A stretch of 64,000 bases of DNA from Flavobacteriales bacterium (GTDB taxonomy: Bacteria > Bacteroidota > Bacteroidia > Flavobacteriales > Flavobacteriaceae): contig JBBQSZ010000008.1 of NCBI GenBank assembly GCA_038234745.1, forward strand, positions 5,231-69,230. The letters are read 5' to 3'. The notes under the pieces were generated by a model. It searched no databases and was not told the origin of the DNA. It saw only the letters and a program-made list of their open reading frames with translations. Position numbers and translations under genes: made by a program. Below, piece by piece: positions 29,303-38,676 of the stretch (its first letter is position 1; each line of letters begins with the position of its first letter).

Positions 29303-30064
29303 ATGCTTTTTTCAAAAATAGAAGGTGACGGAAAACCACTCTTAATTCTCCACGGATTTCTTGGAATGTCCGATAATTGGAAAACAATAGGAATGCAATT
29401 TGCTGCCAATGGATTTCAAGTACACATGTTAGATTTGCGCAATCACGGCAAGAGTTTTCATTCCAATGAATTCAGTTATGAACTGATGGCTCAAGATGTT
29501 TTGGATTATTGCTCTGCTAATAATCTTGAAAAAATCAACATTATTGGGCATTCAATGGGAGGGAAAACAGCGATGCTTTTTGCTACTGAACATCCAGAAA
29601 AAGTTGAAAAATTGATAATTGCAGATATTGGTCCAAAATTTTATCCGCAACACCATCAAACAATTCTCGAAGGATTGAATGCTGTTGATTTTTCTTTGAA
29701 ACCAAGCCGAAGCGAGGTCGAAGAAATAGTAGCTAAGTACATTTCTGATTTTGGAACGCGTCAATTTTTACTAAAAAGCCTTTATTGGCAAGAGCCCGGA
29801 CAATTAGCTTTTCGATTTAATTTGGCAGTTTTTAATACAAATATGGACGAAATTGGAAAGCCACTTCCAGAGAATGCCGTTTTCAACAAACCAACTCTTT
29901 TTATCCGTGGCGGAAATTCCAATTATATTCTCGACGAAGATTTTCCGAATATAAAAATGCATTTCCCCAATTCAATAATCGAAACGATTCCAAACGTAGG
30001 ACATTGGCTTCACGCCGAAAATCCGAAATTGTTTTATGAAATAGCGAATTCTTTTTTGGGTTAA
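29303..30064 (+). CDS. alpha/beta hydrolase
   Basis: Nucleophile elbow GHSMGG, HG oxyanion motif (LILHGF), C-terminal GHW..E. Confidence 0.8.
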   Translation: MLFSKIEGDGKPLLILHGFLGMSDNWKTIGMQFAANGFQVHMLDLRNHGKSFHSNEFSYELMAQDVLDYCSANNLEKINIIGHSMGGKTAMLFATEHPEKVEKLIIADIGPKFYPQHHQTILEGLNAVDFSLKPSRSEVEEIVAKYISDFGTRQFLLKSLYWQEPGQLAFRFNLAVFNTNMDEIGKPLPENAVFNKPTLFIRGGNSNYILDEDFPNIKMHFPNSIIETIPNVGHWLHAENPKLFYEIANSFLG

Positions 30065-30130
30065 AATTTTGTGAACCCATAAAAAAAACGCTACTTGTCG
30101 AAGCAGCGTTTTAGAAATAAAAGGCAAAAA

Positions 30131-30352
30131 TTATTTTTTTGCGTTGTAACGTTTGTCTGGAGTTCCGTCTTTTTTCAAAACAACTTTTGGTTTTTCGGCT
30201 TGTTTGTAGCGTTTGTCAGGAGTTCCGTCTTTTTTCAAAATAGTTTTTGTTTCTGTTTTGGTGGTTTTAGTTGTCTTCGTTGTTCCTTGCTGCGCTGAAC
30301 TGGTCAATGCAAATCCTAAAATAGCGATTAATGCGAATAATAATTTTTTCAT
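30131..30352 (-). CDS. small secreted basic protein with 2 x LKKDGTPDKRY repeats
   Basis: Signal peptide MKKLLFALIAILGFALTSSAQ, a TKT repeats segment and two 20-aa repeats encoded by a 60-nt DNA period. Confidence 0.6.
   Translation of the reverse strand: MKKLLFALIAILGFALTSSAQQGTTKTTKTTKTETKTILKKDGTPDKRYKQAEKPKVVLKKDGTPDKRYNAKK
30146..30240 (-). repeat. direct repeat with 60-nt period (35-nt near-identical cores at 30146-30180 and 30206-30240)
   Basis: gta(a/g)cgtttgtc(t/a)ggagttccgtcttttttcaaaa occurs twice. Confidence 0.85.
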
Positions 30353-30402
30353 TTGATAGTAGTTTAAAGTTTTAAAGGCTAAGGTATAAAAAAAAGTAAG
30401 AA

Positions 30403-31730
30403 TTAATTTTTAATAATTTTCAACCTTTCTATTTTTCCGTTATTTGAAGTTACTTTTAACAAATATGCGCCAGTTTGTAGCGATTTCAAATCTAGGTTAA
30501 CATTATTTTCCGCTGAAAAATTAGATTTATAAACTTGCTTTCCTAGCAAATCAAAAACGGAAGCTTCTTTTATTAGTAATGTTTTAGAGTTTAGATTTAA
30601 TAGTCCATTTGTTGGATTTGGATATATAGCAATTTGATTGCCAACTTCAAAACTAGGGCTTTTTAATGGTATTCCAGTAAATTTTGAAATTCCTCCAGTT
30701 GTTACATCAACGTTCATTCCAGCCGAAAATCCAAAACTGTCATTCAAGAAAGCCAATTCTCCATGAAAAACATTGCTATCGATCGTGATCCAAGTTAGTC
30801 CGTCGTTTAAGCTGTATGAAGAACCAAGAGGGTTAGCATAGGCACTTGATATTACTATAGAAGTCCCAGGGATATAGGCAATATTAGTGTTGAAAAGATC
30901 ACCCGTTTTTGGAACCAGACTCCAAGTTGCCCCGCCATCATTCGTGCTGTAAAGAGTAACAGAGTTGTATATCATTAAAAGACCTTTGTTCGCATCCGAA
31001 AAAGTAAAGCGGTCAAGTCCAAAATCTGAGCTGTAAACGGAATTAGAAACTGTCCAGGTTAATCCTTTGTCTGAAGATTTGAAAATTCTTCCTTTATCGG
31101 TTCCAAACCAAATGGTATTTCCAGAAACGGAATACCGATTAAAATAACCGAATTCATCACCAATTGGTGATGGATCAGGAATATTTGCTCCAGAAACTCT
31201 ACTCCAATTTGTTCCACCGTCTGCTGTAGTGTAGATTTCAAATTCTCCGCTTTCAGGATCGCCTTGAGCAACTCCATTATTAGCATCCCAAAAATAGACG
31301 AAGTTAGGATACGAATCTGTGGAGTTAAACAATGCGGTTGGCTGTTTTGCCCAATTTGCACCCCCATCAATTGTTTTCCAAATTCCACCAGTGTTAGTTG
31401 CACCTGGAGACACAGAAATCCAAGCAGTTGTCGATGATATTGCCGTGATGGATGAAGCTCCCATATCTGTAGAATTTGGCCCTAAATTTATGGAGCCTGC
31501 TGTCCAAGTATTTCCGCCATCCGTACTTCGGGTGTATTCTTTTACTGTGAAACCGGGATCTAATTGATCAGTATTGTCAAAAGCATTTGCCCAAATTACA
31601 TTTGCATCTACTATCGAAATACTGTTTAAAGATCTTGCTGGTGTAGTAAATCCACTTGCTTTTCTGTCCAAAATTGGGCATTAGTTACAAACGAAGTAAC
31701 TAATAAAAAAAAGAGTAATTTTTTTTTCAT
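30403..31730 (-). pseudogene. T9SS-sorted BNR/Asp-box (Ycf48/sortilin-like) repeat protein, with its signal-peptide exon out of frame with the body
   Basis: The body ORF (30403-31671) has six S/T-x-D-G-G-x-T-W type repeats and a C-terminal T9SS type-A sorting domain (YPNPTNGLLNL...LKIIKN). The ATG at 31730 encodes MKKKLLFFLLVTSFVTNAQFW in a frame offset by one nt. The two frames overlap between about 31626 and 31680. Confidence 0.7.
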
Positions 31731-31813
31731 ATTTTTAGTTTCAATATTATTGACACGAAGGTAAAAAAAAATTTCATATTATTTTTTTTATTACATTTGA
31801 AATAAAAAATGAT

Positions 31814-32158
31814 ATGAAACTACTTCTCAGAATTCTAATCACCGCGATTTTAGTTATGCTAATTGCTAACTTGATGACATCTGTAGATGTTGATAGTTTT
31901 ACGACAGCCGTAATTGTTGCAGCCGTTTTGGGGTTACTTAATATATTTATCAAACCCATTTTGGTAATATTATCATTTCCAGTAACCATCATTACCTTTG
32001 GGTTGTTTTTATTTGTTATCAATGGAGGAATTATTCTATTATGTTCCAGATTGGTTGACGGATTTAGGATCAATTCCTTTTGGACGGCAATTGTTTTCAG
32101 TATAATTCTATCAGTTTGCCAGTCTATTGTTTATAAAATTGTGGGAGAAGATAAATAA
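31814..32158 (+). CDS. 4-TM membrane protein of the 'phage holin family' type (PF04020-like)
   Basis: 114 aa with four hydrophobic helices and an N-terminus LLLRILITAILVMLIANL. The family name is from memory. Confidence 0.65.
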   Translation: MKLLLRILITAILVMLIANLMTSVDVDSFTTAVIVAAVLGLLNIFIKPILVILSFPVTIITFGLFLFVINGGIILLCSRLVDGFRINSFWTAIVFSIILSVCQSIVYKIVGEDK

Positions 32159-32235
32159 AAACAGGGTATATTTTGGTTACAAAAAGAGGCTGAAATTCAA
32201 AAGGTTAAAAACTTGTTTGGGTTGTAAAATTTTTA

Positions 32236-32243
32236 TAATTTTG
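32236..32243 (+). promoter_or_regulatory. Bacteroidota -7 promoter box TAATTTTG
   Basis: TAnnTTTG match 35 nt upstream of the tig ATG. Confidence 0.4.
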
Positions 32244-32277
32244 CAACCCAATTTTATTATGTAAATTAACGAAGAAG

Positions 32278-33603
32278 ATGGATATCAAAAGAGTAGCAAT
32301 AAACGAAGTAACCGAGACAATTGTAATGACAGTTGTTGCAATGGATTACAAAGGTCAAGTAGCAAAAAGAATAAATGAAAAAATGCCTTTGGCAACTGTA
32401 AAAGGGTTCAGAAAAGGGGCTGTGCCAAAAGACCTTGTTGAAAAACAATACGGAAAAGCAATCAAACAGGAGGAAGTTAAGAAAGTAATCGATTTAGCTT
32501 TGGAACGTTACCTTCAATCAGAAAGATTGAACCTTTTGGGAACTCCTCTTGCTAAAGAGAACGAAAGCTTTAATTGGGATGCTGAAGAATTGGTTTTTGA
32601 ATACGAAATCGGTTTGGTTCCTTATTTCGATTTGGATTTAGAGGCTAAAAATGACATTGTAAAATATATAGTAACTGCCGATGATAAATTAATTAACGGT
32701 CAAGTTGATCGCATCCAAAAACAATTTGGAAACCCAATTCCTCAAGAAGTTGTGGTTGAAGGTTCTGATTTAAAAGGGATTTTCTCTAACGAAGCGGAAG
32801 GAATTGGAAATACTACAACTATTGCACTATCCGTTTTCAAAGATAAAGCTACTGCCGATAAATTTATTGGAAAAAAAGTAGGCGATGTCGTAACTGTAAA
32901 CACGCACGGTTTATTCGAAGACGCGCATCAACTAATGGATTACTTAAAAGTAGGTCACGATAATGTTCACGATTTGGCAGTGGATGTTGATTTCACAATC
33001 GAAGCAATCACTGTTTCGGAACCAGCAGAATTGAATCAAGAATTGTTCGACAAATTATTTGGACCTGGAAATGTAGCTTCATTAACAGACTTGAAAACAA
33101 AAATCAAAGAAGATGCGGAAGCGCAATTTGCACAACAAGCTGACCAAAAATTATTAGGAGATGTGACGGAATTCCTAATCGAAAACACAAAATTCGATTT
33201 GCCAGCTGAATTTCTTAAAAAATGGTTGCAAACTGTTGGTGAGAAAAAATTATCTCCAGAAGAAGCAGAAGTTGAATATGCACGTTCTGAAAAAGGATTG
33301 CGTTTTCAATTGATCGAAGGTAGAGCTATGGCGCAATCTGACATCAAAATCACTTTCGAAGATTTGAAAGCTTTTACGTCAAAAAGTATTCGTCAGCAAA
33401 TGGCACAATTCGGACAAACAAATCCTACTGACGAAGAAGTTCAAGGAATTGTAGCCAGAGTTTTGTCAAACCAAGAAGAAGTAAAAAAACTTTCAGACCA
33501 AGTGGTGGCCGAAAAATTATTGGAAATCTTCAAAGAAAAAGCAAATCCAACCACTAAAGAAGTAACTTATGATGAATTTATTGCTGCGTCTTACGGAGAA
33601 TAA
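32278..33603 (+). CDS. tig: trigger factor
   Basis: N-terminal ribosome-binding GFRKGAVP motif, 441 aa, located upstream of clpP-clpX. Confidence 0.9.
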   Translation: MDIKRVAINEVTETIVMTVVAMDYKGQVAKRINEKMPLATVKGFRKGAVPKDLVEKQYGKAIKQEEVKKVIDLALERYLQSERLNLLGTPLAKENESFNWDAEELVFEYEIGLVPYFDLDLEAKNDIVKYIVTADDKLINGQVDRIQKQFGNPIPQEVVVEGSDLKGIFSNEAEGIGNTTTIALSVFKDKATADKFIGKKVGDVVTVNTHGLFEDAHQLMDYLKVGHDNVHDLAVDVDFTIEAITVSEPAELNQELFDKLFGPGNVASLTDLKTKIKEDAEAQFAQQADQKLLGDVTEFLIENTKFDLPAEFLKKWLQTVGEKKLSPEEAEVEYARSEKGLRFQLIEGRAMAQSDIKITFEDLKAFTSKSIRQQMAQFGQTNPTDEEVQGIVARVLSNQEEVKKLSDQVVAEKLLEIFKEKANPTTKEVTYDEFIAASYGE

Positions 33604-33626
33604 ATTCTAAAAAAATAAGTATATTT

Positions 33627-33657
33627 GAGCGTCAAAAGAATATTTTTTTTGACGCTC
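33627..33657 (+). terminator. hairpin downstream of tig (11-bp stem gagcgtcaaaa / ttttgacgctc)
   Basis: Perfect inverted repeat with a T-rich loop and tail. Confidence 0.5.
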
Positions 33658-33690
33658 TATTATTTCAATCAATTTCGATTTAGATTTAGT

Positions 33691-33830
33691 AGCTATTCCA
33701 GCTATTCGTTACAAGTTTTTTCATTTTCGCCTTTTTTTGTAAGGCAAAAAAAGAGCTTCCTTTGGTCGCTTTTTTTTACCAACAAAAAATAGTCGATCAT
33801 TTCAAAAAGCTTTTCACTGCTATCTGGGCT
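33691..33830 (+). repeat. intergenic repeat element, copy A (termini AGCTATTCCAGCTAT ... CTATCTGGGCT)
   Basis: Shares both termini with the element at 38595-38667 in opposite orientation. The internal sequence differs. Confidence 0.55.
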
Positions 33831-33923
33831 AAAAAAAAGGACATATTGGCATCTTTTTAAACAGGTATGAACTTTGATAAATTAGAGATACAATAGATTA
33901 CGTAAAACTTAGAACAAATAAAT

Positions 33924-34598
33924 ATGAACTACGGTAAAGAATTTAAAAAATTTGCTACAAAGCACCAAGGGGTAAACGCATTGTATTACGATAAAATGAT
34001 TGCAGCGATGAACCCAACTAATATGACTCCTTACATTATTGAAGAACGTCAATTAAATATATCACAATTGGATGTTTTTTCAAGATTAATGATGGACAGA
34101 ATCATTTTCTTGGGAACAGGAATCGATGATCAAATTGCTAACATCGTTCAAGCACAATTGTTATTCTTAGAAAGTGCCGATGCTTCGAAAGACATTCAAA
34201 TTTACTTGAATTCTCCAGGAGGAAGCGTTTATGCAGGATTAGGAATTTATGATACCATGCAATATATTAAACCAGACGTTGCTACAATTTGTACCGGAAT
34301 GGCAGCTTCAATGGGAGCAGTGCTTTTGTGTGCTGGAGCAGCAGGAAAACGTTCGGCATTGCCACATTCAAGAGTGATGATTCACCAACCATCTGGCGGA
34401 GCACAAGGTGTTGCAACCGATATGGAAATCAACTTGCGTGAAATGTTGAAATTAAAAGATGAATTATACCAAATCATTTCCCAACATTCAGGACAAACTT
34501 TCGATAAAGTGCACAAAGATAGCGAGCGCGATTATTGGATGATTGCCGATGAAGCAAAAGAATACGGAATGATTGATGAAGTGTTGAGAAGAAGTTAA
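33924..34598 (+). CDS. clpP: ATP-dependent Clp protease proteolytic subunit
   Basis: Catalytic Ser motif GMAASMGA, MIHQPSGG, 224 aa. Confidence 0.95.
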   Translation: MNYGKEFKKFATKHQGVNALYYDKMIAAMNPTNMTPYIIEERQLNISQLDVFSRLMMDRIIFLGTGIDDQIANIVQAQLLFLESADASKDIQIYLNSPGGSVYAGLGIYDTMQYIKPDVATICTGMAASMGAVLLCAGAAGKRSALPHSRVMIHQPSGGAQGVATDMEINLREMLKLKDELYQIISQHSGQTFDKVHKDSERDYWMIADEAKEYGMIDEVLRRS

Positions 34599-34706
34599 AT
34601 TAGTATTCAGTAATCAGTTTTTTAGTGTTCAGTGGAGTTCGTTTTTTTTAATACTGTCCACTAATCATTTAAAATTGTACACTGACCACTGCCCACTAAA
34701 AAAAAG

Positions 34707-35939
34707 ATGGCAAAACCAAAATTAGAATGTTCATTCTGCGGAAGAAAAAAACCAGAAACCAATTTATTGATTGCTGGAATCGATGCGCATATTTGTGATA
34801 AATGTATCGAGCAGGCTCACGGAATTGTATTAGAAGAATTAAAATCAAGCAGCAAGAATCACTTGCCTACGGATTTGGTATTGAGAAAACCGAAAGAAAT
34901 TCGGGCTTTCTTAGATCAATATGTTATTGGTCAAGACCAAACCAAAAAAGTAATGTCGGTTGCGGTTTACAATCATTACAAACGTTTGATGCAACAAGAA
35001 TTGCATGACGATGTTGAGATTGAAAAAAGCAACATCATTATGGTAGGACAAACCGGAACAGGGAAAACTTTGGTTGCCAAAACCATCGCAAAGATGTTAG
35101 ATGTTCCTTTGGCTATTGTTGATGCAACTGTATTGACCGAAGCGGGTTATGTGGGAGAAGATGTAGAAAGTATTTTGACTCGACTTTTACAAGCTGCCGA
35201 TTATGACGTAGCTAAAGCCGAAAGAGGAATTGTTTTCATTGACGAAATTGATAAAATTGCCCGCAAGAGTGACAATCCATCCATCACTCGTGATGTTTCT
35301 GGAGAAGGAGTTCAACAAGCTTTATTGAAATTATTGGAAGGAACAGTTGTCAATGTTCCGCCAAAAGGAGGCAGAAAACATCCAGACCAAAAATTTGTTG
35401 AGGTAAATACCCAAAACATCTTGTTTATTGCCGGTGGCGCTTTCGACGGAATCGAAAAAATTATTTCAAAAAGAATGAATCGTCAAGCTATTGGATACAG
35501 CAATGCTAAAAATGCTGATGCTATTGATAAAGAAAATCTTTTGCAATATCTGATTCCAAAAGACATCAAAGATTTTGGATTAATCCCTGAAATCATTGGT
35601 CGTTTACCAGTGTTGACTCATATGGATCCTTTGGATAGAGAAACTTTGAGATCGATTTTAACTGTTCCTAAAAATGCTTTGATTAAGCAATATAAGAAAT
35701 TGTTTTTGATGGATGAGGTGGAATTTACCATCACGGACGGAGCTTTAGATTTTATCGTCGAAAAAGCATTGGAATACAAACTCGGTGCTCGTGGATTGCG
35801 TTCTTTATGCGAAGCTATCCTAACCGATGCAATGTATGAATTGCCAAGTTCGGATGATAAAATATTGGAAATCGATGTAGATTATGCCAAAGAAACCTTG
35901 AATAGAAATTTATTGAAACGATTGGAGATTGCTTCTTAA
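34707..35939 (+). CDS. clpX: ATP-dependent Clp protease ATP-binding subunit ClpX
   Basis: N-terminal zinc finger CSFCGR...CDKC, Walker A GQTGTGKT, Walker B VFIDEIDK. Confidence 0.95.
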   Translation: MAKPKLECSFCGRKKPETNLLIAGIDAHICDKCIEQAHGIVLEELKSSSKNHLPTDLVLRKPKEIRAFLDQYVIGQDQTKKVMSVAVYNHYKRLMQQELHDDVEIEKSNIIMVGQTGTGKTLVAKTIAKMLDVPLAIVDATVLTEAGYVGEDVESILTRLLQAADYDVAKAERGIVFIDEIDKIARKSDNPSITRDVSGEGVQQALLKLLEGTVVNVPPKGGRKHPDQKFVEVNTQNILFIAGGAFDGIEKIISKRMNRQAIGYSNAKNADAIDKENLLQYLIPKDIKDFGLIPEIIGRLPVLTHMDPLDRETLRSILTVPKNALIKQYKKLFLMDEVEFTITDGALDFIVEKALEYKLGARGLRSLCEAILTDAMYELPSSDDKILEIDVDYAKETLNRNLLKRLEIAS

Positions 35940-35962
35940 ATTTTTGAGTTGATTGAATTTTA

Positions 35963-35993
35963 AACCCGACAAGTTTTAAAAACCTGTCGGGTT
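35963..35993 (+). terminator. intrinsic terminator-like hairpin after clpX (aacccgaca / tgtcgggtt)
   Basis: 9-bp stem and 13-nt loop followed by tctttgt. Confidence 0.6.
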
Positions 35994-36075
35994 TCTTTGT
36001 AAAAAAACAACAGTTATCCTTTTTTATAAGCAATAGATTGTCGATTTTTGCTCCTCTAAAATTAATTCAGTAAAA

Positions 36076-37311
36076 ATGGAAGCAGTACAAAATGAAATTA
36101 TATTGTTAAAAGTTTCTGGTCAGGATAAACTTGGCGTAACCTCTGGTTTAACCTCTATCTTAGCTAATTATGATGCCGTAATTTTAGACATTGGACAAGC
36201 CGATATTCACGATACACTTTCCTTAGGAATATTATTTGAAATAAAAGCTGGCTCTTGTTCGGGACCAGTTTTAAAAGATTTATTATTCAAAGCATACGAA
36301 TTAGGAATTAATGTCAAGTTTATTCCAATTTCGATTCCTGACTATGAAAATTGGGTAAAAGGACAACGCAAGCAACGGTATATAATCAATGTTTTGGGTG
36401 AAAAACTGACGGCAAAACAATTGGCAGCAGTAACGCAAATAATGTCTGACCAAAAATTAAATATTGATTCTATTATTCGATTAACAGGAAGAACATCGGT
36501 CGTCGAAATTGAAGAATATCCGCGTTCTTGTGTTCAATTATCTGTTACTGGAAATATAGATGACAAAACGCTAATGACTGCCAGTTTTATGGCTGTTTCG
36601 AAGGAATTAAACGTAGATATTTCTTTTCAAGAAGATAATATGTATAGAAGAAACCGCCGTTTGGTGTGTTTTGATATGGATTCTACTTTAATTCAAACCG
36701 AAGTAATCGATGAATTGGCTGAGTTGGCAGGTGTTGGAGAACAAGTACGTGCCATTACCGAATCAGCAATGAATGGTGAAATTGATTTTAGCGAAAGTTT
36801 CAAAAAACGAATGGCTTTATTGGAAGGTTTGAGTGAAGATGTCTTGCACAATGTCGCTATCAATTTACCTATAACTAAAGGAGCGCATCGCTTGATGAAA
36901 GCCTTGAAATATTACGGATATAAAACGGCTATTCTTTCTGGAGGATTTACCTATTTTGGCAATTATTTGCAAAAAGAATTAGGAATTGATTACGTTTATG
37001 CCAATCAATTGGAAATCAAAGATGGCAAACTAACGGGTAAATATTTAGGCGAAATTGTAGATGGTCAAAAGAAAGCCGAATACCTAAAAGCCATTGCCGA
37101 AAAAGAAGGTATCAACATCAACCAAACCATTGCAGTTGGTGATGGTGCTAATGATTTGCCTATGTTAAACTTAGCCGGTTTAGGAATTGCTTTTCACGCC
37201 AAACCAAAAGTAAAAGAAAATGCCGCCACCTCTATTTCCAGTTTGGGTCTTGATGGCGTTTTATACTTGTTGGGCTACCACGACCGACATATTGATATGA
37301 TGCAGGAGTAA
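36076..37311 (+). CDS. serB: phosphoserine phosphatase SerB with N-terminal ACT domains
   Basis: HAD motif I FDMDSTL, motif GDGANDLPM and two N-terminal ACT-like modules. Confidence 0.85.
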   Translation: MEAVQNEIILLKVSGQDKLGVTSGLTSILANYDAVILDIGQADIHDTLSLGILFEIKAGSCSGPVLKDLLFKAYELGINVKFIPISIPDYENWVKGQRKQRYIINVLGEKLTAKQLAAVTQIMSDQKLNIDSIIRLTGRTSVVEIEEYPRSCVQLSVTGNIDDKTLMTASFMAVSKELNVDISFQEDNMYRRNRRLVCFDMDSTLIQTEVIDELAELAGVGEQVRAITESAMNGEIDFSESFKKRMALLEGLSEDVLHNVAINLPITKGAHRLMKALKYYGYKTAILSGGFTYFGNYLQKELGIDYVYANQLEIKDGKLTGKYLGEIVDGQKKAEYLKAIAEKEGININQTIAVGDGANDLPMLNLAGLGIAFHAKPKVKENAATSISSLGLDGVLYLLGYHDRHIDMMQE

Positions 37312-37331
37312 TTTGCTTATATTTCAATGGC

Positions 37332-37465
37332 GTTTCTTTAAGGTTTATTTCCTTCGGTTTGTCATTTCGACGAAGGAGAAATCTCATAACGTATGCAACT
37401 AATGCGATTTCTCCTTCGTCGAAATGACAAAAAAAGCAGAATTAATAATTTATCCTTAAAGAAAC
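37332..37465. repeat. nested palindromic intergenic element (26-bp perfect inner stem, 12-bp outer stem)
   Basis: Inner arms 37358-37383 and 37406-37431 (tttgtcatttcgacgaaggagaaatc and its reverse complement), with a 22-nt loop. Outer arms 37332-37343 and 37454-37465 (gtttctttaagg / ccttaaagaaac). Confidence 0.85.
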
Positions 37466-37479
37466 TACATTGACTCATA

Positions 37480-37531
37480 TTTCACAAAATAGCCTTAATT
37501 CGAATATTCGAATTAAGACTATTTTGTGAAA
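37480..37531. terminator. 52-nt near-perfect palindrome between the convergent serB and pseudouridine synthase genes (likely bidirectional terminator)
   Basis: tttcacaaaatagccttaattcgaat | attcgaattaagactattttgtgaaa, with one mismatch. It lies about 20 nt from the stop at 37553. Confidence 0.6.
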
Positions 37532-37552
37532 TAAAGAATCGATCTTGAAAAG

Positions 37553-38464
37553 TTATGCGTTTTTTAAATTAATGATTTCTTGTTCGGTAAGCAATCTCCA
37601 GTTTCCTCTTGGTAAGTTCTTTTTGGTTAATCCTGCAAAAGCAACTCGGTCAATTCTCAAAACATCATATTTGAAATTCTCAAAAATAGAACGCACTACT
37701 TTTACGTTTGAAGACCTTAGTTTTAATCCAATTTCGCTTTTGGCTTCTCCTTCAATATAGCTGACATCTTCCACAAAAACGCGGTGTCCATCAATAACTA
37801 ATCCTTTTTGTATTTTTTCTAAATCCTCGAATTTCAAGTTTTTATCCAAAGAAACTTGGTAGATTTTTGATGATTTGTTGGTTGGTAACGTAAACTTACG
37901 AATCATATCCGTGTCGTTTGTAAACAATAAAAGACCCGTTGTGTTTTTGTCCATTCTTCCCACAGCACCAATTTTGGCAGTGGTCGAACCTTTTACCAAT
38001 TCCAAAACATTGCGGAATTCCTGACCTTCGTCAAGAGCTGTGGTGAAGTTTTTGGGTTTGTTTAATAAGATATAAACCTTTTTCTCAGGAGTTAATTTTA
38101 CCCCATCAAAATTCACATCATCGCCTGGTTTTACCATATAACCCATTTCGGTGACGGGAATTCCGTTTACTTTTACGTTACCCGATTGAATGTAAATATC
38201 GGCATCACGACGCGAACACACTCCCGAATTGGAGATGTATTTGTTCAAGCGAATTTCGTCTTTTACTTTCGGTCTTTTGGGAGCCTGATTCGGTTTTTTC
38301 TCTACTTTATCAGTAGCCGCAGCAACAGCCACTTTTGTATTGGGTTTTACTTTTTTAGGCCCTTGTGCCCTTTTTTGCATCGCAGGTTTTGGCTTGTTTG
38401 AGCTTGGTCTAGAGCTGTTTGCTCTACCGCCGCTTTTGTTATTGTTGCCTTCCTTGTTATTCAT
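37553..38464 (-). CDS. pseudouridine synthase (RsuA/RluB family) with S4 domain and a basic N-terminal tail
   Basis: S4 motif RLNKYISNSGVCSRRDAD, catalytic GRMDKNTTGLLLFTND and a roughly 70-aa K/P-rich N-terminus. Confidence 0.85.
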   Translation of the reverse strand: MNNKEGNNNKSGGRANSSRPSSNKPKPAMQKRAQGPKKVKPNTKVAVAAATDKVEKKPNQAPKRPKVKDEIRLNKYISNSGVCSRRDADIYIQSGNVKVNGIPVTEMGYMVKPGDDVNFDGVKLTPEKKVYILLNKPKNFTTALDEGQEFRNVLELVKGSTTAKIGAVGRMDKNTTGLLLFTNDTDMIRKFTLPTNKSSKIYQVSLDKNLKFEDLEKIQKGLVIDGHRVFVEDVSYIEGEAKSEIGLKLRSSNVKVVRSIFENFKYDVLRIDRVAFAGLTKKNLPRGNWRLLTEQEIINLKNA

Positions 38465-38594
38465 ATTTTTATTTTATTTATTTTTCATAGGTAATATGTA
38501 ATTCGCAAAAGCTCATTTCATAAAATTCTATAATTTCGTGCAAAGATAGTTTATTATTGCTTAATTGTTGATTGTTTTTGGGTTAGGGTTTCCT

Positions 38595-38667
38595 AGCCCA
38601 GATAGGAACGTTATCCTTTTGTGGCGGTGTTCGCCACAAAAGATAAAGTGGATAGCTGGAAATAGCT
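38595..38667 (-). repeat. intergenic repeat element, copy B (same termini as 33691-33830, inverted), enclosing a 13-bp hairpin
   Basis: The reverse complement reads AGCTATTTCCAGCTAT...CTATCTGGGCT. Internal hairpin atccttttgtggcg / cgccacaaaagat. Confidence 0.55.
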
Positions 38668-38676
38668 CCTAAAAAA

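Noticed and set aside
30083-30113. Possible bidirectional terminator between the alpha/beta hydrolase gene and the small basic protein gene (aacgctac...gcagcgtt)
   Set aside because: The stem has an internal mismatch and only 6 clean bp, with a weak T tail. It is plausible but not strong enough to list as a feature.
31059-31567. Nested ORFs (31059-31403 minus strand, 31319-31567 plus strand) inside the T9SS cargo gene
   Set aside because: They have no recognisable motifs and lie fully inside a longer ORF that carries repeated Asp-box motifs and a T9SS sorting domain.
31814-32158. The 'phage holin family' protein as an indicator of a prophage or lysis cassette
   Set aside because: It is a single small 4-TM gene with no endolysin, integrase, terminase or structural genes nearby. 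It is flanked by tig and a T9SS cargo gene, and this family is widespread as a chromosomal membrane protein.
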